Shown in pieces: positions 19,391 to 29,536 of a stretch of DNA of 64,000 bases. The stretch lies in contig CAVXBB010000016.1 in assembly GCA_963759875.1 (NCBI GenBank), forward strand, positions 745,579 through 809,578, read 5' to 3'. Every line of letters starts with the position of its first letter. Positions within the stretch are counted from its first letter, which is position 1. The translations under genes were made by a program, and so were the position numbers. The stretch is from an uncultured Acidobacteriaceae bacterium. Its GTDB lineage: Bacteria > Acidobacteriota > Terriglobia > Terriglobales > Acidobacteriaceae. Under the pieces are notes generated by a model that saw only the letters and a list, made by a program, of their open reading frames with translations, was not told where the DNA came from and made no database searches.

Positions 19391-20772
19391 GTTCCGCCAA
19401 TACACGCGTCGGGTCAGAACAAGGACCGGAACAGAGGACACAATCCGGACGGATGGACCGCCGCGGAGCGTTGGCGGCAGAGGTGCCAGAGACAAGCGCA
19501 CACGGCGTCATTCGTGTGCTGCGCAATCGCGAGTTCGCACTTTTCTGGAGCGGACAAGCCATTTCACAGACCGGGACCTGGATGCAGCAGTTTGCGCAGG
19601 GATGGGTTGTCACCACTCTGGCCGGTTCCGCATTCGCACTGGCGTCAGTTAACTTTGCAGCCTCCATTCCTATGTTGCTATTGATGCCATTCGGCGGGGT
19701 TGTTGCGGACCGCATGGAGCGGCGCCGAATCCTGCTGGTTACACAATGGGTGATGGCTTTGCTCGCAGTGCTGATGGGTGTGCTGATCCATGCGGGTCGG
19801 CTCCAACTTTGGCACGTATGGGTCATAGCACTCCTGCTCGGCGTCGCCACCGCGTACGACATGCCAGCGTACCAGTCGTTCTACCCACAGCTCGTTGAAC
19901 CGGAAGACCTGCCACGAGCAATAGCGCTGAACCAGGCGAGCTTTCACGGCTCTCGCATAATAGGTCCGGCCCTTGCCTCCTCGTTAGTAGCCCGATGGGG
20001 GATGGCGGCCGCATTCTTGGCTAATGCCGCCAGCTTCCTTGCTGTGATTGGCAGCTTGCTGGCGATCAAGCCCAGAGCTGTCGCTTCAGGGGGACGGCTG
20101 AACACGCGCCAATTTATGGCCGAGGGAGTGCGATATGTCCGAGAGCGCCAGAACCTCATGGCCCTGTTTGGGCTGACCGCTATCACGACCGTATTTGTTT
20201 TCCCAAACGTGACAGTGCTGATGCCGTTCTACGTGAATCATGTGCTACATGTAGGGCCGTCAGGGCTCGGTGTCATCATGGCAGTTTCCGGGGCCGGCGC
20301 ATTAGCTGGAGCGATGTCTCTTGTCGTCCTCCCGCGCAGCGTCCGTGTGCGATGGATCATCGTCGCGTTAGGCTTGGTTACGCTTACTCTGTTTGTCCTT
20401 GGCTGGTCTCGCCACTTGTCATTGTGCATAGCAGTGGCTGGGATCTTGTCGTTCGGAGTCGCCAGTTCCTTGGGCGTGGCGTCAGTGATGGTTCAGGAGA
20501 GTGTTCCTGACGCGTTTAGAGGCCGAGTGATGAGTCTCTATGGCTTAGCGTTCACAGGCCTGATGCCGTTCGCCGCGCTAGTGGTCGCAAGGCTTGCGGG
20601 TGTAGTCGGAATGCGTCGGGAGCTTCTACTTGCCGCAGTGGCCTACTGCCTGTCCGGCATGCTATTGATGCCAGTGCTCCGCAGAACGAATCGCGAAACG
20701 CACTCCCTCGCCTCTGTAGCGGAGCATCTGGTGAAAGACCAGGCGCTCGACATCGATAACCCCGATTGTTAG
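19387..20772 (+). CDS. MFS transporter (EntS/MFS_3-like exporter)
   Basis: 461-aa ORF with about 12 TM helices and the N-terminal VLRNREFALFWSGQAISQTGTWM signature. Confidence 0.85.
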   Translation: MSSANTRVGSEQGPEQRTQSGRMDRRGALAAEVPETSAHGVIRVLRNREFALFWSGQAISQTGTWMQQFAQGWVVTTLAGSAFALASVNFAASIPMLLLMPFGGVVADRMERRRILLVTQWVMALLAVLMGVLIHAGRLQLWHVWVIALLLGVATAYDMPAYQSFYPQLVEPEDLPRAIALNQASFHGSRIIGPALASSLVARWGMAAAFLANAASFLAVIGSLLAIKPRAVASGGRLNTRQFMAEGVRYVRERQNLMALFGLTAITTVFVFPNVTVLMPFYVNHVLHVGPSGLGVIMAVSGAGALAGAMSLVVLPRSVRVRWIIVALGLVTLTLFVLGWSRHLSLCIAVAGILSFGVASSLGVASVMVQESVPDAFRGRVMSLYGLAFTGLMPFAALVVARLAGVVGMRRELLLAAVAYCLSGMLLMPVLRRTNRETHSLASVAEHLVKDQALDIDNPDC

Positions 20773-20885
20773 TGGTTGACGGGCAAACCAGAAGTCAACT
20801 TCCCAATTGCCGACTAACCACCCCAAAACCGCCCAATGTGTGCCGGCCGGCAAACAAGCTTTCACTATACCTTCTGTTCCTGAAG

Positions 20886-21572
20886 CTATTCTCGGGCGGC
20901 ACGCTCCAAACGCGCCCGGTGCAGGATGCGGATCTGCTTTCTTTTCACTTCAATAATGCCTGCCTTCTTGAGTTCTCCTAGCGCTGCTGTCGCTGACTCC
21001 CGATAAACATGCAGGCGCTGCGCAAGCTCCTTGTGCGTTATATCGTGGATCAGATCCCCATCCGCTCTCTCCAGCAGCAGGTTGGCCAAGCGCGGAATCA
21101 ACTGTTGGAACGAGGTGGCATCCAAGTCCTTCAGCACGTGAACAAATCGCTGGCTTACCAGGTCGAGCAGCCGCCGAACGATGATGGGATGTTGTTCAAG
21201 GAGCGCCTCCAGGTCCGATCGAGAAACGATCCGAATGCGCGAAGGCTTGGCTGCTTGCGCACAGCAGTGGTAGAGGCCTTGGCCGACGCAGCCCATTTCG
21301 CCAAACACCGCGGGCGACTTCAGTTCGGCGATAATTAACTTTTTCCCGCCGGATGTCCGGAACGTTTGCACCGCCCCCTTTTCCAACAGGAACAGTGCCT
21401 CGCCGGTTCCCCCCGTCTTGAAGAAAACATGCCCGGCGGGGAAGTCCCGGACCTTGCTCCTCTCTTCAATCGTTTGCAAGCAGGCCGCCGGAAGCCCTTG
21501 GAACAATTCCAGCGCAGAAAGCGCAGCAGCGTCCCCGAAGCTTTCGGCCTGAGCCACTTGTCTCTCCTTCAA
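20886..21572 (-). CDS. Crp/Fnr family transcriptional regulator
   Basis: 228-aa ORF with a cNMP-binding barrel (FFKTGGTGEALFLLEKGAV...FGEMG) and a C-terminal HTH (THKELAQRLHVYRESATAALGELKKAGII). Confidence 0.88.
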   Translation of the reverse strand: MKERQVAQAESFGDAAALSALELFQGLPAACLQTIEERSKVRDFPAGHVFFKTGGTGEALFLLEKGAVQTFRTSGGKKLIIAELKSPAVFGEMGCVGQGLYHCCAQAAKPSRIRIVSRSDLEALLEQHPIIVRRLLDLVSQRFVHVLKDLDATSFQQLIPRLANLLLERADGDLIHDITHKELAQRLHVYRESATAALGELKKAGIIEVKRKQIRILHRARLERAARE

Positions 21573-21841
21573 AGCTCCTCCCCCTCTCCCTTGGGAAGGT
21601 CTGATTAAGACCCTGGGTATCTCCGTGCCCCGTTTGCGCCGTGGTTCTAGCTACTTCTTCGGCACTTAATCATTGTTTCCCAAGGCCTTCCTGTGCTGGA
21701 AGTGTAAGCCAGATTACACCCATTCCCCGCAACCCACTTGCGATCACTGAATCGAATCGAGGGAAGCAAAACTCGGAATGGTCTTTGCGCCCCAGGTTTC
21801 GACCGACGTGCCGACAAATCCGAACTAGAACAGGAGAACTT

Positions 21842-22747
21842 ATGAAGTTGCATGACTCGCAGAATACCGTCAAGTATGGAACCGCACTCGTTGACGGGCT
21901 CAACATCGCCTATCGCGAAGCTGGCAATCCCTCTCACCCCAAACTCGTCCTGCTCCATGGATTCCCCGCTTCCTCACACCAATATCGGAATCTCATTCCC
22001 GCGCTGGCCGATCGCTTTCACGTCATTGCTCCGGACTATCCGGGCTTCGGCAACAGCGATATGCCCGATCCGGCGAAATTTGCCTATACCTTCGACCGGC
22101 TCTCGGAGGTCACAGAACAGTTTCTGAGGCAAAAGGGCTTTAGTCGCTACGGGTTATTCGTTCAAGACTACGGCGGCCCGGTCGGCTTCAGAATTGTCAC
22201 GCGCCATCCGGAAGCGCTCGAGTGGCTCATCATCCAAAACACCAATGCCTACGAAATCGGGTTCACGGACGCATGGGGAGGTCTGCGCAATGCCCTCTGG
22301 AAAGATCGCACGCCCGAGACGGAACAAGGCGTAGCCGGCTTACTCGAATTCGACACCATCAAGGCGGTGTACCTCCATGGTCATAAGCTTCCGGAATTGA
22401 TCAGCCCGGACAACTGGAACATGGACTTCCGCTTCATGGAGCGGCCCAACGCGCGCCGCGTCCAGATGGACCTTTTCTACGACTACCGGACGAACGTCAC
22501 GCTCTACCCAAAGTGGCAAAACTTTCTCCGCGAACGCCAGCCGGAGACAATCATCTTCTGGGGACAAAATGACATCTTCTTTACCCAGGCAGGTGGAGAA
22601 GCCTACTTGAAGGATATTCCGCACGCCGAGATGCATCGGCTCGAATCCGGCCATTTCGCAGTCGAAGACAGCCTCGAGGAAATCGTCGAAAACATGCGTC
22701 GCTTCTATGATGAGAAGGTGACGGCAAAGAAGAGGAAAACAGCGTAG
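21842..22747 (+). CDS. alpha/beta hydrolase (epoxide hydrolase / haloalkane dehalogenase-like)
   Basis: Start placed at Met 21842 (MKLHDSQ...). Motifs are LLHGFPASSHQYRNLIP and the Asp nucleophile elbow VQDYGGPVG. The long ORF-track extension from 21641 looks non-coding. Confidence 0.85.
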   Translation: MKLHDSQNTVKYGTALVDGLNIAYREAGNPSHPKLVLLHGFPASSHQYRNLIPALADRFHVIAPDYPGFGNSDMPDPAKFAYTFDRLSEVTEQFLRQKGFSRYGLFVQDYGGPVGFRIVTRHPEALEWLIIQNTNAYEIGFTDAWGGLRNALWKDRTPETEQGVAGLLEFDTIKAVYLHGHKLPELISPDNWNMDFRFMERPNARRVQMDLFYDYRTNVTLYPKWQNFLRERQPETIIFWGQNDIFFTQAGGEAYLKDIPHAEMHRLESGHFAVEDSLEEIVENMRRFYDEKVTAKKRKTA

Positions 22748-22782
22748 AGGACTTCACGCTGCGTCTGCAACGGAAGCTACCA

Positions 22783-23424
22783 ATGAACGTGGCTGAAATT
22801 TGGCGCTATCCGGTAAAGTCGATGGGCGGTGAAAGACTTGACCACGCCTCGCTGGGTGACCTGGGAATCGCAGGCGACCGGGTGGTTCACGTGGAAGATG
22901 CCCGTGGCCGTGTGGTGACTTCGCGGACCCACCCACGTTTGCTGGGGCATCACGCCACGCTCGATGCCTCGGGCGAACCGAGAATCGACGACCTGCTTTG
23001 GAGCGAACCGCAGGCACTGGAGCAGGTAGTCGACATTGCCGGGCCGGGCGCAAGGTTGGTTCACGATGAATCGGCCGAACGCTTTGACGTTTTGCCGCTG
23101 CTGGTGGCAACGGAGGGCGCCATCCGCGCCTTCGGTCACGATGGAAGGCGCTTGCGTCCGAACATTGTCGTCGGCGGTGTAGAGGGCTTGGCCGAGCGCG
23201 ACTGGCCTGGCCATCGCCTACGAATCGGAAAGGTGCTGATCGGGATCGAGGATCTGCGCATGCGCTGCGTGATGACGACCTTCGATCCCGACACACAGCG
23301 GCAAGACCGCAACGTGCTCAAAGAGATCGTTCGGAAATTCGGCGGCAAGCTGGCCTTGAACTGCTACGTGATTGAAGGCGGAGAAATTCGGGTTGACGAC
23401 AAGGTCCAACTCATAGACGCTTAA
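22783..23424 (+). CDS. MOSC domain protein
   Basis: MNVAEIWRYPVKSMGGE... N-terminal beta-barrel plus MOSC core (LRIGKVLIGIEDLRMRCVMTTFDPDT). Confidence 0.85.
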   Translation: MNVAEIWRYPVKSMGGERLDHASLGDLGIAGDRVVHVEDARGRVVTSRTHPRLLGHHATLDASGEPRIDDLLWSEPQALEQVVDIAGPGARLVHDESAERFDVLPLLVATEGAIRAFGHDGRRLRPNIVVGGVEGLAERDWPGHRLRIGKVLIGIEDLRMRCVMTTFDPDTQRQDRNVLKEIVRKFGGKLALNCYVIEGGEIRVDDKVQLIDA

Positions 23425-23435
23425 CTCATAAAAGA

Positions 23436-24008
23436 TTGACTCCACGCCGCACATCCCGCAGCGACTCGGCGGCCGCCCGCGAACGTCTGCGCAGACGCTA
23501 CCGTCCGCCGCAGGTGCAATTGCTCTTCGTTGGCGAGTCGTCGCCCGCCTCGGGGAGATTTTTTTATCGGGCCGACTCTGGCCTTTACCGTGCCATTCGA
23601 GACACTTTCCTCGCCGCGCTTCCCAGTCTCCGGGGCTGTGACTTCCTGAAATCATTTCGCGACCTTGGTTGTTATCTCGTTGATCTGTGTGAAATGCCGG
23701 TGGATCGGCTCCCGAGGGAGCAGCGAAAGGCGTCGTATGCAGGCCGCGAAGCTCATCTCGCCCGGATACTCAAGCAACATCAGCCGAAAATCGTGATTAC
23801 AGTGGTTCGGTCGATCGCCGCCAATGTCAGACACTCTCAAGAGCAGGCGGGCTGGAGAGGAATACATCTTGAACTTCCTTATCCTGGACGATGGTGGCGT
23901 CATCGAATGGCATTTGAAAAAGCACTCACACCTGTTCTGCTTGGAGAGCTTGGGCAAGGGTCGAGGTCTGATCGATTACGGGCGGATGACGGGCTAACCG
24001 GAAGTTAG
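23436..24008 (+). CDS. hypothetical protein (weak uracil-DNA-glycosylase-fold-like pattern)
   Basis: 190-aa ORF with a TTG start. LLFVGESSPASGRFFY...CYLVDLCEMP...PKIVITVV is reminiscent of UDG-superfamily spacing. Function not supported further. Confidence 0.4.
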   Translation: MTPRRTSRSDSAAARERLRRRYRPPQVQLLFVGESSPASGRFFYRADSGLYRAIRDTFLAALPSLRGCDFLKSFRDLGCYLVDLCEMPVDRLPREQRKASYAGREAHLARILKQHQPKIVITVVRSIAANVRHSQEQAGWRGIHLELPYPGRWWRHRMAFEKALTPVLLGELGQGSRSDRLRADDGLTGS

Positions 24009-24140
24009 GTTTTAATGCTCTAACGCGGACCCCGACGATGTTGTCCAGAAGTCCTCTTCGAGGAGATCTCCGCGAAGTTTGGGGGGAGCTTCAGGCTGCA
24101 CCTGTACGCGTCAGCGACTACAACCGGGTTGTGACTCGGA

Positions 24141-24836
24141 TCAATCCTCAAAATACTGAGTGACCATGTTCTTATGCGTCTGAATGCGCTCGGTCAAATA
24201 CTCAATTGTCTGAGAACGCTTTCCACACCAATCGAGGTGATCGAGAAGTTTGCTCTTCAATGTGGTCCACGTCGCTTGAGCGCCAGCGCTGCCGGTCCCC
24301 CATTTCCACCACACCCAGTGGAGGGGCTCGATGCCGACCGGTGCGAATACGCGAGCAGATTCATGAACGAACAATCCAAATGGAGGCGCTCCTCGTTCTG
24401 CAAGATGCGCTTGGACCATCGGCATCCCGAGGAGGATCTTATCTCGATGAGCTGGGTGGTTTTGGAGTTCCAGTGAACACGGTCCACAATCTCGACCATG
24501 TATTACGGGACCGAAGGCGAGTCCTCCACGGATACAAAAGCGATGGTGTGATTCTGTTTCGGCGTTGAACTCGTCGGCGACCGCCTTAAAGACCCCCCTA
24601 AGAAAATCAAGCATTGCATTTCGATCTTGACACGCGACATAGAATCCATCCATCACAGGGTAAAGATGTATGTTTGGCGTTGCCGCTTGAAGGGCGGCTA
24701 TGTGGAGCTTGAATATGAAATTCGCTGTCGCGCTAATGGAGCGGGACATGGAAGACTGGGTGCCCATGACATCGACCCATGCCACATATTCTGATTGCAT
24801 CTGCGGCAGGTTATCAGCGTTGAACGGAATCGGCAT
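24141..24836 (-). CDS. minimal palm-domain nucleotide cyclase-like protein
   Basis: 231-aa ORF with YVAWVDVMGTQS, YPVMDGFYVA, IRGGLAFGPVIHG and LLGMPMVQAHLAE in the order and spacing of class III cyclase / GGDEF-type palm domains. No other domain is present. Confidence 0.55.
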   Translation of the reverse strand: MPIPFNADNLPQMQSEYVAWVDVMGTQSSMSRSISATANFIFKLHIAALQAATPNIHLYPVMDGFYVACQDRNAMLDFLRGVFKAVADEFNAETESHHRFCIRGGLAFGPVIHGRDCGPCSLELQNHPAHRDKILLGMPMVQAHLAERGAPPFGLFVHESARVFAPVGIEPLHWVWWKWGTGSAGAQATWTTLKSKLLDHLDWCGKRSQTIEYLTERIQTHKNMVTQYFED

Positions 24837-24946
24837 CGCCCTATCCTAGCAAACCTCTCAACGCATAGCTGGCAAGCGCCCGACCCGCCGATGTACGCGG
24901 AACGATGCAAGCCGCATGTCGTGCCAAGGGTCTTGGCTGGCGCGGA

Positions 24947-26147
24947 CTAGTTCGCGCGCGAGCGTTCCTTGCTGTGGAGCAGCAAGAGGTAAATCCAGAT
25001 CTCCAGTTGGGCCATCTGGATGCGGACAAGTTCAGGATCATCCGCAAACGTATGCACGAACTTCTGCGTACGGTTTACGCTTTCGCTGAATTGCAGCAGC
25101 GTGTCAGCTTCGCCCGCTCTTTCCTCGCCCAGGACGTAATCGAGCCGCATCCGACGAGTCGGCTGGGCAATGTTTTTCGGACGGGCTTGCCAAATAGCAG
25201 TAGTTTTAACCTCGGCGTCCGGAGCAAGCGCGTGCAGAATGTCCGTAAATAGTTCGCGGATGCCTGCCATACCAAGCCGGGCGCCAGCTATACCGCCGCC
25301 CCCCAGATTCCGCCACGCCTGCCGGCGGAGTTCGAGCAGGCGCTCGTCGAAATCCCGCAACGCTAGTTCAAGTTTCTCGCCAATCTCTTCATCGCGGTGC
25401 GGCTTGCCGTGCCCTGCCCGCTCGCCGCCTTCCGAGGGTGGCAGGCGTGGCGGCAGACGGCAGACCAGCTCGGCGTGGTCGAAGACGAACCTGGCTCGCG
25501 ACCGCCAGTCGATCCGGGGACACCGTCGCGTGAGGCAGGATCGCTGTCGCGTGGAACGTCTCCAGTGCCGCGGTATTAAGGACGCAATCCTCAAGCAGCT
25601 GAGCGCGACTGGCCAGCACGTTACCGGGCCAGTTGAGCACAGCGGTTTCGGGAATGGTGAAATTGATTCGCGCCATCTCCGCGATCTCGGCAGTGACGGA
25701 CTCGAAATCGTGGAGCCACTTTTGGTCTGCAAGCCTCAGTGCATCCAAGGCTAGCCGATGGGAATCAAGCTGCGATGCGAAGTGCATCCCAATCTCTGCA
25801 ACAGTGGTGCGAAGCGGGGTAAGGGTCTGGGCAAATTCCACCTCGATGCTCGCAGTCATCTCGGATAGACGCGCAGCATTGGCTTGACACGCGCGGAATT
25901 CCGGACTCATCTGAAAAGAAGCAATTGCACGGGACGCGAGGTTCAGTTCCTTGACCAAGGGGCTCGATGCGAGATCTATGGATAACTTTTCTATAGCGAG
26001 CGCACTCGTCGGAACCAGGATGTCTACCGCGCGCGTCTGCCTCAGGAGGCGTTCCAATTCCGGTTGAGCGAACCGCAGTTGGCGCTCGGCGTTGCCCATA
26101 AGATTGAGTTCGGTCAGGAGCCGCAGAATGGAGTCCACTTCTTTCAT
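24947..26147 (-). pseudogene. helical protein with C-terminal HEPN-like R-x5-H motif, one frame break
   Basis: The N-terminal ~210 codons are in the frame of ORF 25389..26147 and the C-terminal ~180 codons in the frame of ORF 24947..25732. The switch lies near 25470-25520 (GGGG run at 25516-25519). The C-terminal part contains NRTQKFVH. Confidence 0.5.
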
Positions 26148-26606
26148 CTTGCCCCGAATCTAACACGTGCCTCCAAACCCGGTGCAAGTGAAAAAACGCC
26201 CGGGAGACTAACCACCCTTTGATGAGATGGGCGCACGATGATCACTCCGGACGGGCAATTCGCCGAAGCGGGGCCAGAAGTCGGCTTGTAGGAGATTTCA
26301 CCAGATCGGTACTGGGAAACGCGCTTATGGACAGTTAATCGAGCCAGTCACAGGCCCACAGGAAATTGGTCTAATTCACACGAAGGCAGAGCCTCAGATA
26401 CGTTGTCCGATGCTCTTCGTAAGTAGTTGAATCTGTATACCCCAATTTGGGCAGGTGCAAGGAAGTTGCAAGTAAGCATCAACTGCGGCCGCCTGAATAC
26501 TTACCAGGTTACTCGGATTTCTCTTCGCCAGCCGGAAACAGTTCGGGTTTTGTCCCTAGTATTTCGAGGGTTCAGCCGGTGACGATCGAAAAGAACTGAA
26601 GCCAAA

Positions 26607-26830
26607 ATGAGCCCAGACCTTGAACAAAAACTTTTCGCCTGCTGGCCGGACTGGTTCGACATTAATGGCGATCCCAAACGCACGGGCAGGAAAAATTTGA
26701 TGGGCTCCGCTTCTACGTCAACCATCACACCGATGCCATAGCCTGCGAACTCGACCTGGCGCAGCTGCATTCACTCAGCACTTGTGAAATGTGCGGACGA
26801 GCGGGGCAACTAAGACGGAATGAACGATTC
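26607..26830 (+). pseudogene. degraded small phage-like gene
   Basis: MSPDLEQKLFACWPDWFDINGDP..., then after a frame change KFDGLRFYVNHHTD...CEMCGRAGQLR. The family is recognised only from memory of the K-F-G-G-L-R-F-Y motif. Confidence 0.3.
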
Positions 26831-27078
26831 ATCCCGGCAAGCCTCGTTGAGAACACCCTGGCAGCATGGCCGCATGTAGGTGAGGGTTACGCCCACGTTA
26901 TGCACAGCATAGCTCATCAGAGCCATTCACTAGCACTACACAATCCACTAGCGTTGGTGCGAGCAGTTTTCGGGGAGGCCTGTTCAACGAACGTCCCACG
27001 ACTGTATGAGTCTTGGGAAGTCAGAGGGGGGAACGAGGCCCGCCCACATATTTCTCCTGGTCTGCTGTGAGGTGGCGA

Positions 27079-27315
27079 ATGCTGGGAAACTTGCTGGACG
27101 CAGTATTTGGCTGCAGGCACGGCCGGTACGGTTTTCCGATCACTGTTCGTCGCGGTTCTCGTCGCAATGCAGCTGCATCTTTAACCGGAACCTACGTCGT
27201 ATGCCTCGCATGCGGCAGGGAATTTCCCTACGACTGGGAAGAGATGAGGGTGATCAAAGCACCATCCGAACACCGCCACTACCCCCGTTCTTTTTCGACT
27301 AAAGAAGCCTCATAA
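27079..27315 (+). CDS. small zinc-ribbon-like protein
   Basis: 78 aa from Met 27079: MLGNLLDAVFGCRHGRYGFPITV...YVVCLACGREFPYDWEEM. Confidence 0.45.
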   Translation: MLGNLLDAVFGCRHGRYGFPITVRRGSRRNAAASLTGTYVVCLACGREFPYDWEEMRVIKAPSEHRHYPRSFSTKEAS

Positions 27316-27387
27316 ATCATCTGCCTTAATGCAAGCCCGTTGTCCGAATGCTGAGCCGGGGCTGGAGAGTACAGGCGAGCTGGAGGC

Positions 27388-27639
27388 TCAGACTTCCTTC
27401 TTAATAAGCCTAGTAATCCAAATCAGGATGACCGCGCCGAGGATTGCGACGAGGATCCTCCATATAAGGCCACCAGCGCCAAGGCCGAGCAGACCGACCA
27501 CCCATCCCCCAACGCCGCCGCCGACGATTCCCAGCAGGATATCGGCAATTACACCGTATCCACCGCCCTTCATGATCCTCCCGGCTGCCCAACCCGCAAT
27601 CAGACCAACGACCATCCACCAGATAATCCCATGTGCCAT
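27388..27639 (-). CDS. GlsB/YeaQ/YmgE family stress-response membrane protein
   Basis: 83-aa Gly-rich three-helix protein: MAHGIIWWMVVGLIAGWAAGRIMKGGGYGVIADILLGIVGG... Confidence 0.9.
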   Translation of the reverse strand: MAHGIIWWMVVGLIAGWAAGRIMKGGGYGVIADILLGIVGGGVGGWVVGLLGLGAGGLIWRILVAILGAVILIWITRLIKKEV

Positions 27640-27856
27640 GTGATCCTCCTGAATCTCTCACGAACAGTTTTATTCCGGGTACATCAACGGCGGATACTGT
27701 AACAATTGAAAAAGGCTGGCTGGAGTAACACCACTCAGAGCAATCCGCCGCCCTACTGCACCTCAGAAGCTGCAGCTCCGGAAGCAGCGGGAGAATAGTG
27801 TCACAGCCGGATGAAATTCACAATATCAGGAACTAGTTACACATTCTCGCTGCGTT

Positions 27857-27919
27857 CTGGGAGTCACCTGTCAATTTTTACGGTGTCAGCCATCGAGGTT
27901 TCTGGATAAAATTATTCGC
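27857..27919 (-). promoter_or_regulatory. conserved 63-nt upstream motif, copy A
   Basis: About 75% identical to 28648-28711. Lies 218-280 nt upstream of the GlsB-like gene. The minus strand reads ...ATTGACAGGTGACTCCCAG. Confidence 0.4.
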
Positions 27920-28230
27920 ACTTCACTTTTCACTTCTCTTCCGGCGCTCCGTTCGCACACCGAGCGAGCGCCGGGATTCTTGTTTCCGCGCATCCGAGCG
28001 TCTGCATCATCGCTGAAATTCCCCGTTGCACTTCCGGGCAGCGGTTAGCCCCATTCCGAGCCGCACCGGGGTTAGAATGAAAACACATTCACAAAGCAAA
28101 CACCAAAGAGAATGGACACTTTATTGCCTGTCGGGACTCCGGAAGTCGGCGGGCGTTTTTGCGTTAGGCCGCTGCCGAGTGCTGCCGTTCGGGACTCTAC
28201 GCAGGTCGGCATTTTTGACCAGGGATGGGT

Positions 28231-28527
28231 TTATATACTGGGCGGGAAAGGGAAACCAGCGGCCTTCAGATATTCGAGTGTCCCGGGAATCACTTCCACG
28301 GCAACATTCACCCCATTTGGAAGAGTAGTGTGACAGTGCCGACACCGTAGAACCTCATCACGATCAAGCCTCTGCTTAAGTTCGTCGGGGTCGTTTGTCG
28401 GAGAGTTTATACCAGCCTTTTCCGCGCTGAGTTCCCGGCATATGGGGCATGAGAAGCTGAACGTCACGCCAAACCGATAGCGATTTCTATTACTGCACAC
28501 TTGCGCTTCTGCTTCGCGGTTCATCAT
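28231..28527 (-). CDS. small Cys-rich hypothetical protein
   Basis: 98-aa ORF with CPIC...CRHC pairs suggesting a zinc ribbon. Confidence 0.4.
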   Translation of the reverse strand: MMNREAEAQVCSNRNRYRFGVTFSFSCPICRELSAEKAGINSPTNDPDELKQRLDRDEVLRCRHCHTTLPNGVNVAVEVIPGTLEYLKAAGFPFPPSI

Positions 28528-28647
28528 CGGTCAAGAAGTCCAAAAGAGGCAGGGGTCTTGACAGGTATAGATGCCGCGCGGGGCGGGTAAGCCCCTTGTA
28601 CCCCTGTGTTAAGGAGCTACTAAGGAATACTGTAGGCACCGCAAATG

Positions 28648-28711
28648 CTGGGAGTCGCCTGTCAATCCTTACAGTATCCACCGTTGAGGCACCCGGAATA
28701 AAAGTGTTCGC
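28648..28711 (-). promoter_or_regulatory. conserved 63-nt upstream motif, copy B
   Basis: Paralogue of 27857-27919. Lies 121-184 nt upstream of ORF 28231..28527. Confidence 0.4.
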
Positions 28712-29536
28712 AGACAATGCGAAACTGATTCCGGCGCTTCGTTTTTACCTCCCTAGTTGGTAGAAGCGTCGGGATTTTCCCGTTTCCTCGATCCCCTCGT
28801 TTGCTGCTGAACTTTGTAGCAACTCCACACGATTGACCTTTTGCCTGCTTCCCGACAAGCGGGCGTTTTTGCCAGCAAACGTCGCCTAAACGTGTTTGCC
28901 ATATTGCTTCGGAGCAACGATGTTGGCCGCATCAAGAAGGTAGTGTTCTAGTGGGCTCGGGCCCGTTGCTGCTGCCTCCTGGGCATGCGTGCTAGCTGGG
29001 TGTGCGCACTCAAATGGCACGCCGCTACTTGAGGTCGGCTTGGGACTGAGCCATCTCCAGTCAATTCGCCGATGAGAGGTACAGGGAGCTATGGAGTATT
29101 CGGTCACGGTATGGCGCACAGGTGCGGGAGTGGAAGGGACAGCTTTACCACCTGACATACCGCAGGGAATGGATGCCGGAGCGGAACTGCTGGCGGGACT
29201 TTCTGGTGAAAGTTGCTCGGGCGTAAGCGCTTCACGAGATTGCAAGCAATAAGCAAGGATTACGCGGTGGAGCAAGGCCGACATATAAATCAGGAACGCG
29301 TTGCGTGTCGCCCTGGTCCGGTGCAGTCTCAATCCGATTCGTGGTGGTGCGAACATTCTGCATGCAAAACCGCACTGGTATCGCGCTTCATGGGATGCGA
29401 GCCAGGTTTATTTTTTCTAAACACCTCAGGAGGAACCGAACTTCGCCGGTAAGAAACACTACTGCTCCCGCCATGCTGGAAGGTTCCAATTGTTTGGCTG
29501 ATCTGCCAATTGCTAGTACGCAGTGAAACAGCAACT

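Noticed and set aside
27329-27661. Pro-rich 104-aa plus-strand ORF and an 83-aa alternative minus frame over the GlsB-like gene. The Pro-rich ORF 33469..33669 is a similar case.
   Set aside because: Low-complexity translations of the opposite or shifted frame of Gly-rich coding sequence.
28886-29356. 156-aa minus-strand ORF and neighbouring short ORFs in the ~1-kb gap before the PagL-like gene.
   Set aside because: No motifs, start signals or family resemblance that I could support. The region is left unannotated rather than guessed.
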